DNA of 50,317 bases, taken from NCBI GenBank assembly GCA_964368135.1, contig CAYIZI010000003.1:1-50317 (forward strand). Direction: 5' to 3'. The notes beneath the pieces were generated by a model. The model had not been told where the DNA came from. It searched no databases and saw nothing but the letters and a program-made list of their open reading frames with translations. The translations under genes were made by a program, and so were the position numbers. Shown one piece after another: positions 7,613-15,353 of this stretch; position 1 is the first letter of the stretch; each line of letters begins with the position of its first letter. The stretch is from an uncultured Candidatus Saccharibacteria bacterium. Its GTDB lineage: Bacteria; Patescibacteriota; Minisyncoccia; 2-02-FULL-40-12.

Positions 7613-9088
7613 ATGAGCAATCAAATTACACAAAGAGATATTGGTAAGATGATAATTACTCGACGGACAGAACTCGGCATGACACAAAGTGCCCTTGCTA
7701 AGTTACTCCATACGAGTCAAAGTGCAGTAGCTCGTATTGAGAAGGGTGAGCAAAATCTTACAACTGAGACGCTTGTTAAAATAAGCGGAGCACTTAAGAA
7801 AGACCTCGCTTCTCTTCTAAGCGGCGAATCAAGTTTTTTTATTGAGGGTGGTCATACACTGGAAGGAAAAATTCGGGTACAGGGTGCTAAGAACTCTGCT
7901 CTGAAAATTCTTGCTGCTACACTTCTTTATAAAAGTCCGGTTACTATTCGAAACCTTCCACTTGTTGAAGACATATTCCGTATGATTGAACTTTTAGAAG
8001 ATCTTGGGGCTAAGGTACGCTGGATCGGCGAACGAAGCGTGGAGGCGGATACTTCTGGAGTGAGAAATTATAAGTTGAATCCCGCAATTGCCAAACGTTT
8101 TCGAGGTTCAATTGTACTTGTTGGGCCGCTATTGGCACGATTAGGTAAAGCTATTTTCCCTCACCCTGGTGGATGTGTTATTGGCGAACGCCCAATAGAT
8201 CTTTTTTTGAAGGGGTGGAAGAGTATGGGCGCCAGAGTGAGTAAGAGTGATTCAGGATATAATATTATACTCAAAAATCCTCTTAGTATTGATTATTTCT
8301 TTCGACACGTGAGTGTTACTAGCACCGAGACCTTGATGTTAACTGCAGCCATTCTCGATGGCAAGACCGTATTGCGGAATAGTGCTATGGAGCCGGAAAT
8401 TCCTCACCTTGCCGATTTTTTGAATAAATCCGGCGCAGCGATTACAGGCGCTGGAACGCACACAATAGAGATGACTGGCACTAGAGGATCTTTACTTACC
8501 GCCCGAAAACCATTTAATGTTTTGCCCGATAGAATTGAGACCGCAAATCTTTTGGTACTCGGCGCTCTTTTAGGCAAGAAGGTGGTTATTGAAAATTGTG
8601 TACCTCTTCATGTTCGCCAGATGACTGATACATTGCGTGAGGCAGGAGTTTTAATTGAAGAAGGCGTTAACTCTTTGGTAGTACACAAACCTAGGACACT
8701 AAATAGTATTTCAATACGTACGCATGAGTATCCAGGGTTTGTAACTGACTTCCAGGCACCGTTTACAGTATTGCTTACTCAAGCTTGTGGCGAAAGTACT
8801 GTTTTTGAAACAATCTTTGACGGACGTTTGAATTATTCCGAAGATTTAAACCGCATGGGCGCGCACATCATTATGCATAATCCTTATCGTATTTCTGTAT
8901 CAGGACCTTCTGAACTTCGTGGCCGCAAAATTGAGAGTCCTGACTTGCGAGCTGGTCTTGCTTTTGTAATTGCCGCACTCGTTGCAAAAGGGAAATCTGT
9001 GATTAGCAATATTTACCAGATTGACCGCGGCTATGAACGAATTGATCAAAGATTAAAAGTTCTTGGTGCTAAAATTTCTCGAGGATAA
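7613..9088 (+). CDS. murA: XRE-type HTH domain fused to UDP-N-acetylglucosamine 1-carboxyvinyltransferase
   Basis: About the first 70 aa match the HTH_3 pattern (RRTELGMTQSALAKLLHTSQSAVARIEKGEQN). They continue without a stop into MurA (GAKNSALKILAA). The catalytic-loop Cys is retained (HPGGCVIGERPIDLF). The ATG at 7613 is preferred over the track TTG at 7523, which overlaps murB. Confidence 0.85.
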   Translation: MSNQITQRDIGKMIITRRTELGMTQSALAKLLHTSQSAVARIEKGEQNLTTETLVKISGALKKDLASLLSGESSFFIEGGHTLEGKIRVQGAKNSALKILAATLLYKSPVTIRNLPLVEDIFRMIELLEDLGAKVRWIGERSVEADTSGVRNYKLNPAIAKRFRGSIVLVGPLLARLGKAIFPHPGGCVIGERPIDLFLKGWKSMGARVSKSDSGYNIILKNPLSIDYFFRHVSVTSTETLMLTAAILDGKTVLRNSAMEPEIPHLADFLNKSGAAITGAGTHTIEMTGTRGSLLTARKPFNVLPDRIETANLLVLGALLGKKVVIENCVPLHVRQMTDTLREAGVLIEEGVNSLVVHKPRTLNSISIRTHEYPGFVTDFQAPFTVLLTQACGESTVFETIFDGRLNYSEDLNRMGAHIIMHNPYRISVSGPSELRGRKIESPDLRAGLAFVIAALVAKGKSVISNIYQIDRGYERIDQRLKVLGAKISRG

Positions 9089-9141
9089 CTTTTTAGAAAT
9101 ATTGAAAAAGTAGCTAAATTTCAGTAAAATTACAAATTAAA

Positions 9142-9213
9142 GCCCCTATAGCTCAATGGATAGAGTACCTCATTCCTAACGAGGCGATTCAGGTTCGAAT
9201 CCTGGTAGGGGCG
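9142..9213 (+). tRNA. tRNA-Arg (anticodon CCT)
   Basis: Acceptor GCCCCTA/TAGGGGC. Anticodon loop TTCCTAA. T arm CAGG-TTCGAAT-CCTG. Confidence 0.88.
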
Positions 9214-9223
9214 TAGAATTTTA

Positions 9224-10738
9224 ATGACTCTTCCAAAAGAAATTAAAGATACTTTAGATAAACTGGAAATAGCTGGTTTTGAGGCATTTGTTGTTGGTGG
9301 TTGCGTTCGCGATTTGCTTTTGGGCAAAAAACCAAAAGACTGGGATATTACCACTAAGGCCAAGCCGGAAGAAATTCAGGAAGTTTTTTTGGATAGTTTT
9401 TACGAAAATAAATTTGGGACGGTTGGCGTTAAGACCGAATCAGAAGAAGAATCGCTGAAAGTAGTTGAGATAACCACTTATCGAATTGAATCAAAATATT
9501 CTGACAAGCGGCATCCTGATGAAATTAAGTTTGCCTCAAAAATTGATGAAGATTTAAAGAGGCGTGATTTTACGATTAACGCTTTGGCCATGGATAAAGA
9601 CGGAAACCTGATTGATTTGTTTGGCGGGCAGAAGGACTTGAAGGATAAATTGATTAAGGCAGTGGGCGAGCCGAGAGAGCGGTTTGACGAAGATGCTTTA
9701 AGGCTTATGCGAGCGATCAGGTTAGCCGTAGAACTTGATTTTGAAATTGAAGATAAAACTTTCGAAGCAATAAAAGAAAAGTCCGGCCTGATTCAGATGA
9801 TTGCCAAAGAAAGAGTCAGAGAAGAATTATTGAAAGTAATTCAGCATACGCCTGAAGGCTGGCTTAAAAAATCGAAAAGAAAATCAAATGAAGTCACAGA
9901 AAAAGAATTAGTCCGAGGGCCAGCCCGAGCTTTTGAATTAATGCGCGAAACCGGACTATTAAAAATTATTTTGCCGGAATTTGAAGATGGCTTTGGCGTC
10001 GGCCAAAACAAGCACCATATTTATTCGGTTTGGGAGCATAATTTGCGTGCCTTCACTTACGCCGTCAAAGAAAACTTCAGTTTGTATGTACGCCTCGGCG
10101 CCTTGTTTCATGATATTGCCAAGCCTCACACCAAAAAAGGCGACGGCCCTGATTCAACTTTTTATGGTCATGATGTTATTGGCGCCAAAATGACCGCAAA
10201 AATCATGAGCCGTTTGAAATTTCCAAAAAAAGACATTGAGAAAGTCGTTTTATTGGTTCGGTATCATTTGTTTCAGTCAGACCCGGAAAAAATCACTGAT
10301 TCGGCCGTGCGCCGCGTCCTGCGCAACGTCAGCCAAGAAAATATTTGGGATTTGATTGATGTTCGGCTTTGCGATAGAATCGGTTCCGGCGTGCCCAAGG
10401 CCGAACCTTACCGATTGAGAAAGTTTTTGGTGATGCTTGAAAAGGCCTTGCGCGAGCCGATTTCACTGAAAGAACTCAAAATCAGCGGTAATGAGATTAT
10501 GGAACTTTTGAGAATTCAGCCAGGCCCTAGGATAGGTTTTATTTTAAATGCCTTAATGAATGAGATTTTGGAAGACCCGAAAAAGAACGAAAAAGATTAC
10601 TTAGAGACTCGGGCCAAAGAATTAAACAAGTTATCTGACAGTGAATTAAAAAAGTTTTCTGATCAAGCCAAAAAGAAAATGACTGAAATAGAATACGAAA
10701 AAGAAGAAACAACAAAGAAAAAATATTGGGTGAGTTAA
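9224..10738 (+). CDS. cca: CCA-adding tRNA nucleotidyltransferase with HD domain
   Basis: GGCVRDLLLG and RRDFTINA polymerase-beta-type motifs, plus an HD domain (LFHDIAKP). 504 aa. Confidence 0.85.
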   Translation: MTLPKEIKDTLDKLEIAGFEAFVVGGCVRDLLLGKKPKDWDITTKAKPEEIQEVFLDSFYENKFGTVGVKTESEEESLKVVEITTYRIESKYSDKRHPDEIKFASKIDEDLKRRDFTINALAMDKDGNLIDLFGGQKDLKDKLIKAVGEPRERFDEDALRLMRAIRLAVELDFEIEDKTFEAIKEKSGLIQMIAKERVREELLKVIQHTPEGWLKKSKRKSNEVTEKELVRGPARAFELMRETGLLKIILPEFEDGFGVGQNKHHIYSVWEHNLRAFTYAVKENFSLYVRLGALFHDIAKPHTKKGDGPDSTFYGHDVIGAKMTAKIMSRLKFPKKDIEKVVLLVRYHLFQSDPEKITDSAVRRVLRNVSQENIWDLIDVRLCDRIGSGVPKAEPYRLRKFLVMLEKALREPISLKELKISGNEIMELLRIQPGPRIGFILNALMNEILEDPKKNEKDYLETRAKELNKLSDSELKKFSDQAKKKMTEIEYEKEETTKKKYWVS

Positions 10739-10741
10739 AAA

Positions 10742-10812
10742 CGGGCTGTGGTGTAACAGCAGCACGAGTCCTTCGGGAGGATTTAGCCCGGGTGCAAATC
10801 CCGGCAGCCCGA
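10742..10812 (+). tRNA. tRNA-Pro-like (anticodon CGG) with non-canonical D and T loops
   Basis: Acceptor CGGGCTG/CAGCCCG gives C1:G72 with A73, as in bacterial tRNA-Pro. Anticodon stem AGTCC/GGATT with loop TTCGGGA. T stem CCGGG/CCCGG. However, the D loop AACAGCA lacks GG and the T loop is TGCAAAT. Confidence 0.55.
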
Positions 10813-10871
10813 TTAAATATCTTAAAATATCCAGGTCGATTGCCTAAAATAATTTTAATAGTTTCAATCTT

Positions 10872-11033
10872 ATGACAAAGTGCAAAAAATGCGGGATGAA
10901 AACTGATGGCTATAAGTGCGAGCTTTGCGGGGCCGAATCCGAGAAGCACGACCCCAAGCATTCTTGCGGGGGCGAGCATTGCCTGCCCAAGTGCTCCGGT
11001 TGCGGCCAGGCCGAAACAAAGTGCACCTGTTAG
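10872..11033 (+). CDS. 53-aa cysteine-rich mini-protein (10 Cys), below the ORF-track cut-off
   Basis: Hand translation: MTKCKKCGMKTDGYKCELCGAESEKHDPKHSCGGEHCLPKCSGCGQAETKCTC. CxxC pairs suggest a zinc-ribbon or metallothionein-like fold. The minus-strand track ORF 10539..10979 that covers it looks spurious. Confidence 0.55.
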   Translation: MTKCKKCGMKTDGYKCELCGAESEKHDPKHSCGGEHCLPKCSGCGQAETKCTC

Positions 11034-11131
11034 GCAAAATATCCTTTTTATTTTATAATTTACCCAGCTGTTTTGTTTTTTGTTAGTTTGTTCGTTGAAA
11101 AATCAGACATAAAGACAGATAGGAGGGAGAG

Positions 11132-12226
11132 GTGAGGACTCATCTTCGGATTCTCGTCGGCTTGTTTGGGTTTTTGGTTTTCGGCGGCCCTGCTTTGCTT
11201 CGCAGTCAGAATCCGGCAAGTCACTCGGTACCCGAGTATCTTTGCCAATCAATGAAAGGATATGATCGGGCGATGTGCCTACATGGCGGCGATGGCAACC
11301 CCCAGGGCCCGTTGGCTAACCGCATTCCGGTCATCTTCATCCACGGCTGGAATTCCAAGGAAGTAGCAGGCGAGCCCGGCCTCCAAGTTTGGTCGGGGTT
11401 GGGCAGTCATCTTTACTACAGCCCCTGGTTCAAAGATAACTACAAAATGTACTTTCTTCTGTATTGGAGCAACATTCAAGGCTGGACTTTGAGAGATATG
11501 GGTTTGACTTTCCGTTCTTTGATTGAACAGATTGACCGGGCCGACCCGGATTTTAGAGGAAAGCCCCTAATTTTAATCGGCTACAGCATGGGCGGTTTGA
11601 TTGCCAGGTCTTACATGCAGGAGTTCAGGCCCGGTTCAAGCGGACGTAACGGAGACAGGGTTTTGAGATTGATTACCCTGGGTACGCCGCATCATGGTTC
11701 TCCGTTTGCCAATGGCCCGGCTCGGGATAATAAGGCCGGCGGCGTATGGCTTGAGACTATGCACCTGGTCATTGACGGCGGTCTTTTCGGCTTTGATATC
11801 CGCTGGGATATGGATAACCGTTATGACCTTCACTGGGATAACTATGATGGGCTGTTCGACTACGAAAGGTTTCCTGAAAACAGCATCTGGATGGAATGGC
11901 TGAACTCCGGCGACACGTTTGAGAGAAAAATCGTGGCCTACGGCGGCAAGGTAAGTCAGTTGGGCCAAATCAAGGACTGCGCTTTGGGGGCAGAGGGATC
12001 AGCCTGCTTCACGGCGATAATGAACGGAGCTCTCGGCATTTCCGAGAGCGACGGCTTTGTCCCGTTGAAAAGCGCGCTCTTTGATCCCTGCCAGGACTGC
12101 CTCGCCACTCATGTTTTTGAAGATTACGACCATAATGAGATTGTCCGCGGCAAGCCTCGACTTTTTGGGGAAACGGAGCCGCTCTTTGAGGGCGTCGCGA
12201 ATGATTTACTCAGTTTGGTTCGTTAA
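11132..12226 (+). CDS. secreted alpha/beta-hydrolase (lipase/esterase-like)
   Basis: GTG start after GGAGGGAGAGG. Signal peptide present. IFIHGW, nucleophile elbow GYSMGG and LGTPHHGS. GC is 62% in line 11281-11340. Confidence 0.75.
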   Translation: MRTHLRILVGLFGFLVFGGPALLRSQNPASHSVPEYLCQSMKGYDRAMCLHGGDGNPQGPLANRIPVIFIHGWNSKEVAGEPGLQVWSGLGSHLYYSPWFKDNYKMYFLLYWSNIQGWTLRDMGLTFRSLIEQIDRADPDFRGKPLILIGYSMGGLIARSYMQEFRPGSSGRNGDRVLRLITLGTPHHGSPFANGPARDNKAGGVWLETMHLVIDGGLFGFDIRWDMDNRYDLHWDNYDGLFDYERFPENSIWMEWLNSGDTFERKIVAYGGKVSQLGQIKDCALGAEGSACFTAIMNGALGISESDGFVPLKSALFDPCQDCLATHVFEDYDHNEIVRGKPRLFGETEPLFEGVANDLLSLVR

Positions 12227-12249
12227 GGCGAGGACTTGTTCCTCGCCTT
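12225..12249 (+). terminator. hairpin terminator after the lipase gene
   Basis: AAGGCGAGGA-CTTGT-TCCTCGCCTT followed by T-rich sequence. Confidence 0.6.
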
Positions 12250-12254
12250 TCGCT

Positions 12255-12283
12255 TTGACTTTCTCCATTATTAGTCGTATACT
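12255..12283 (+). promoter_or_regulatory. sigma70-like promoter (TTGACT-17-TATACT)
   Basis: Read directly, about 45 nt upstream of the 12329 ATG. Confidence 0.45.
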
Positions 12284-12328
12284 ATCTTCTTAAGCACCTT
12301 TTGAGCCGGTTTTCCTACGGAGGTCCAT

Positions 12329-13231
12329 ATGAGAGTTTTGAATGCGTTGTTTCTCGGCGGCGCCATCTTGATCTGGTTTGGCTATCCGGCCATGGTTTTT
12401 GGCCAGGAACAACAGTTTAGGGTCATGGTTCAGATGGCTAATATCCGGCTTGAGCCGACCACCTCAAGTCAGATAGTTGGTCGGGCAAAGGCTGGAGCCT
12501 TGCTGACAGTTGTTAAAGAACTCGGAGACTGGGTGAGGATTTATCTTCCGGAAGATGGGAATCTCCAGAGAGTGGGGCATATCTTCAAGTCTTTGGGGGT
12601 TATTGAGAGAGCGGCCGAACCGGTAGTAAGGCCGGAGCGGGCTTCTGGGCCGGCCCCAAAGCTTTTGCCTGTTCCTGTTTCGGTTTCTGAGCCGGAACCA
12701 GCACCTCAGCCTTCGGCGCCAGCAGCTGCTTCAACTCCGGCAGAACCACAGGTAATCGTTGAGCCGGCTTCACAGCCGAACCGACCTATCCAAGCTGATC
12801 AGCCAAAGGCTCCGGGAGGCTTCGGCGCCGGCCTCCAATTGGCGGCGGCTCCGGGCGGGGCGGTTCCGAGCATTCTCTACGACCTGAACGAGCGGCTGAC
12901 CGTCAACGGCGCCATTGGTTTTTACTACGGCGCCGCAACCGGTTTTATGGGTGAACTTCTCTACCGGTTTCCCAGGCCACCGAAAAATCCTCCGTCAGAT
13001 GCTTCTTTCGAGCCGTATCTCGGCGGTGGGTTAATCTTTGTTTCGGTGAATCCGGGGTTCGGTCTTTCCAGATCATACACTGGCTTCATCGGCTCCGGCG
13101 GGACGTTTCTGACTTTCAGGAAGATTCCCCGCTGGCGGTTTAGCGGCGATATAAATCTGGTTCAGTTTGATGTCGAAAGGGTTGCGGTCGCCGGCATTGG
13201 TATCCGGCTCGGCGGTCACTACTTTTTCTGA
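12329..13231 (+). CDS. signal peptide + SH3b-like domain + Pro-rich linker + OMP-like beta-barrel tail
   Basis: GGAGG Shine-Dalgarno site. The N-terminal segment ANIRLEPTTSSQIVGRAKAGALLTVVKELGDWVRIYL is SH3b-like. The C-terminal ~130 aa show alternating-hydrophobic strands and end in GGHYFF (aromatic terminal Phe), as in OMP beta-barrels. GC is 60% in line 12661-12720. Confidence 0.65.
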   Translation: MRVLNALFLGGAILIWFGYPAMVFGQEQQFRVMVQMANIRLEPTTSSQIVGRAKAGALLTVVKELGDWVRIYLPEDGNLQRVGHIFKSLGVIERAAEPVVRPERASGPAPKLLPVPVSVSEPEPAPQPSAPAAASTPAEPQVIVEPASQPNRPIQADQPKAPGGFGAGLQLAAAPGGAVPSILYDLNERLTVNGAIGFYYGAATGFMGELLYRFPRPPKNPPSDASFEPYLGGGLIFVSVNPGFGLSRSYTGFIGSGGTFLTFRKIPRWRFSGDINLVQFDVERVAVAGIGIRLGGHYFF

Positions 13232-13243
13232 CACTGTTCATTA

Positions 13244-13282
13244 GGGCGGAAGAATCAAGGCGATTCTCCGCCCCTCTTTTTT
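13244..13282 (+). terminator. rho-independent terminator
   Basis: GGGCGGAAGAATC-AAGGC-GATTCTCCGCCC (12 bp with one bulge), followed by CTCTTTTTT. Confidence 0.7.
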
Positions 13283-13332
13283 CTAAAACCCCTTTAAAAA
13301 TCTTGATTTTTGACAAAAGAGAGATTGTCCAA

Positions 13333-13401
13333 AAACCAAGCCCGAAATGGAAAGAGGTCAATCCGGGAGGGTTCGCCAAGAAAGGCGAACAAGGCGAAGC
13401 C
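13333..13401 (+). repeat. conserved 40-nt block + covarying hairpin + GGCGAAGCC, copy 1 (intergenic)
   Basis: AAACCAAGCCCGAAATGGAAAGAGGTCAATCCGGGAGGGT matches 24531..24570 at 39/40 positions. It is followed by hairpin GTTCGCC-AAGAAA-GGCGAAC and AAGGCGAAGCC. Confidence 0.65.
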
Positions 13402-13419
13402 AATAAGTAATAGGGTAGG

Positions 13420-13463
13420 TGTGGATAATTTAAACTTGCACAATATTCAGCATGATTTATAAT
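13420..13463 (+). promoter_or_regulatory. perfect DnaA-box 9-mer (TGTGGATAA) abutting a TTGCAC-16-TATAAT promoter
   Basis: Box at 13420..13428, -35 at 13436..13441, -10 at 13458..13463. The gene ATG is at 13485. Confidence 0.45.
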
Positions 13464-13484
13464 TAAATAAATTAAAACACTCAA

Positions 13485-14000
13485 ATGATTAACACTAAAA
13501 TAATAACTATAATTCTGGTTGTAATTGCCGTTGTATTATTGATGTTTATTTTTAAACCCAACCTGCCAGAAAATATTACTCAAAGTCCAACGACTTCTCC
13601 TACTCCAACTCCCAGACAAATAAACCAGAATCTTACCCAAGATGAAAATAAATTATTATCTCAAGTACCGACTCAAGGTAGCAGCCCAGAAGAGTTAATG
13701 GCCCATTATAATTTGGCGGTTAAGCTGGCGGTTAGTTCTTCCCAGCTTGAGATCGGGGGTTGTGAGGTCAAGCCCTTGGTCCTTAAAGTTAAAGACGGTT
13801 CGTCATTCACTATCAAAAATTCCAGCGGCGAAGACAGGAGTATAAGTTTTGATGCTGATAATACTATCTTTGTTCCGGCTGGGAAAACCCATGTCCAACA
13901 GGTTAAGTTTAAAAACGGCCCGGGTCTCTATGGCTACGGATGCGATTTTCCGGATATAAGGCAAGCTGCCGGATTTGTTCTGGTTGAGCCCAAACAGTAA
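13485..14000 (+). CDS. membrane-anchored cupredoxin-like beta-sandwich protein (no obvious Cu ligand set)
   Basis: N-terminal TM helix and a Pro/Thr-rich linker. The C-terminal ~100 aa follow a cupredoxin-like pattern (KPLVLKVKDGSSFTIKNSSGEDRSISF ... PGLYGYGC ... AGFVLVEP). Confidence 0.55.
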   Translation: MINTKIITIILVVIAVVLLMFIFKPNLPENITQSPTTSPTPTPRQINQNLTQDENKLLSQVPTQGSSPEELMAHYNLAVKLAVSSSQLEIGGCEVKPLVLKVKDGSSFTIKNSSGEDRSISFDADNTIFVPAGKTHVQQVKFKNGPGLYGYGCDFPDIRQAAGFVLVEPKQ

Positions 14001-14048
14001 AATAACCTCTCTCCTGTTTTTAAAAACCGGTCAAATGGCTGGGTTTTT

Positions 14049-14077
14049 TTGATTCATCTTATCCAATTGGCTATACT
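14049..14077 (+). promoter_or_regulatory. sigma70-like promoter (TTGATT-17-TATACT)
   Basis: Read directly, 24 nt upstream of the GTG start at 14101. Confidence 0.45.
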
Positions 14078-14100
14078 AAGAGTGAAAGAATATTAAATAA

Positions 14101-15345
14101 GTGAAATCAAATATCAAAAAGACATTTATTATTTTTCTGTTGCTGGACATTGTTTTATTTGTCATTTTTATTTCCAAAAATTATTCGGTATTCAATCCCG
14201 GCGGAAATTTTTCCGGCGGGGATTTCAAAGAAATTGAAGCAATAAAAAATACGGATATGGATTTCCGTTCTTTATCTGTTTTTTTTACTGAACTGGCTGA
14301 TAAAAAAGGGGGCGAATACGCCTATAAATCCCTGGCTTTAGCCGCCCAGTTGTCATATATCCCGCCTAATATTGATCTTCATCTTTTAGGCCATGTGGTC
14401 GGAGATGTTTTATATAAGCAAAAAGGAATAGAAGGCATCAAGGTCTGTACTAATGATTTAAGAAACGCTTGTTCCCATTCAATTGTGGTCGGGGCCTTTC
14501 TTGAAAAAGGAACGTCGGTCTTAAAAGAAGTGGTAGAGCTTTGCAAGCTTGCCCCAGGCGGCAAGGGGGCTTTTACGATGTGTGTTCACGGTCTGGGCCA
14601 TGGGGTTTTGGCCTTTACCGAATACGACATGAAAGCAGCAGTCAAGCTCTGCGAAGATATTGGCAATCCGAACGCCGGGGACCGCATCTATACCGAATGT
14701 GTCGGCGGGATATCAATGGAAATGATGGCCGGAGTCAATGATCCGGAACAATGGGAAAAACAAAAACCCAATTATTTTAGCCAGACCGATCCGCTGGCCC
14801 CTTGTAATATGGATTTTATGCCCGAGGCGGCCAGGCCGATCTGCTATAATTTTTTGACCCCCCATCTTTTTCGGTCTGCCGGCGCAGAACTTAGCCGGCC
14901 GCTGCCAGAACATTTTAAAAAAGCCTTTACCTACTGCAGTAAAATTCCAAATAATCGGCCGGGCGAACGCAGTTCTTGTTTCGGCGGCTTTGGCAAGGAG
15001 TTTGTTGTCTTGGTTAATGACCGGAATGTCCAAAGCGTTGAAAATATGAATGATGACAGATTGGCCAGGATCTATGAATGGTGTTCTTTGACCAATGATC
15101 TTCAGGGCCGGAGCGACTGCATGCATTCGGCGCTCCAATCTCTTTACTGGGGCGGAGAAAATGACCGGGGAGCGGCTCTTAGGTTTTGCCGCCTCATTCA
15201 AAATGAAGACGATAATGCCAGTTGTTTTAACGGACTCATCGGCGCGGTCGGCTACTATATAGACGATAAGAGGTATAAGGAGAGTTTTTGCAATGAAGTT
15301 CCCGATAACATTAAAGATACTTGCCGCAAGCACCTTATCCGTTAG
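14101..15345 (+). CDS. Cys/His-rich membrane-anchored repeat protein, paralogue 1 of 3
   Basis: N-terminal TM helix. 16 Cys arranged as eight C-x(7-16)-C units. His motifs HLLGHVVGDVLY and CVHGLGHG are shared with paralogue 2. Confidence 0.7.
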   Translation: MKSNIKKTFIIFLLLDIVLFVIFISKNYSVFNPGGNFSGGDFKEIEAIKNTDMDFRSLSVFFTELADKKGGEYAYKSLALAAQLSYIPPNIDLHLLGHVVGDVLYKQKGIEGIKVCTNDLRNACSHSIVVGAFLEKGTSVLKEVVELCKLAPGGKGAFTMCVHGLGHGVLAFTEYDMKAAVKLCEDIGNPNAGDRIYTECVGGISMEMMAGVNDPEQWEKQKPNYFSQTDPLAPCNMDFMPEAARPICYNFLTPHLFRSAGAELSRPLPEHFKKAFTYCSKIPNNRPGERSSCFGGFGKEFVVLVNDRNVQSVENMNDDRLARIYEWCSLTNDLQGRSDCMHSALQSLYWGGENDRGAALRFCRLIQNEDDNASCFNGLIGAVGYYIDDKRYKESFCNEVPDNIKDTCRKHLIR

Positions 15346-15353
15346 TTTAAACT

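Noticed and set aside
10539-10979. A 146-aa minus-strand track ORF.
   Set aside because: It runs antisense through the cca 3' end, the tRNA-Pro-like gene and the Cys-rich mini-ORF. Its composition is arbitrary. The plus-strand features explain the region better.
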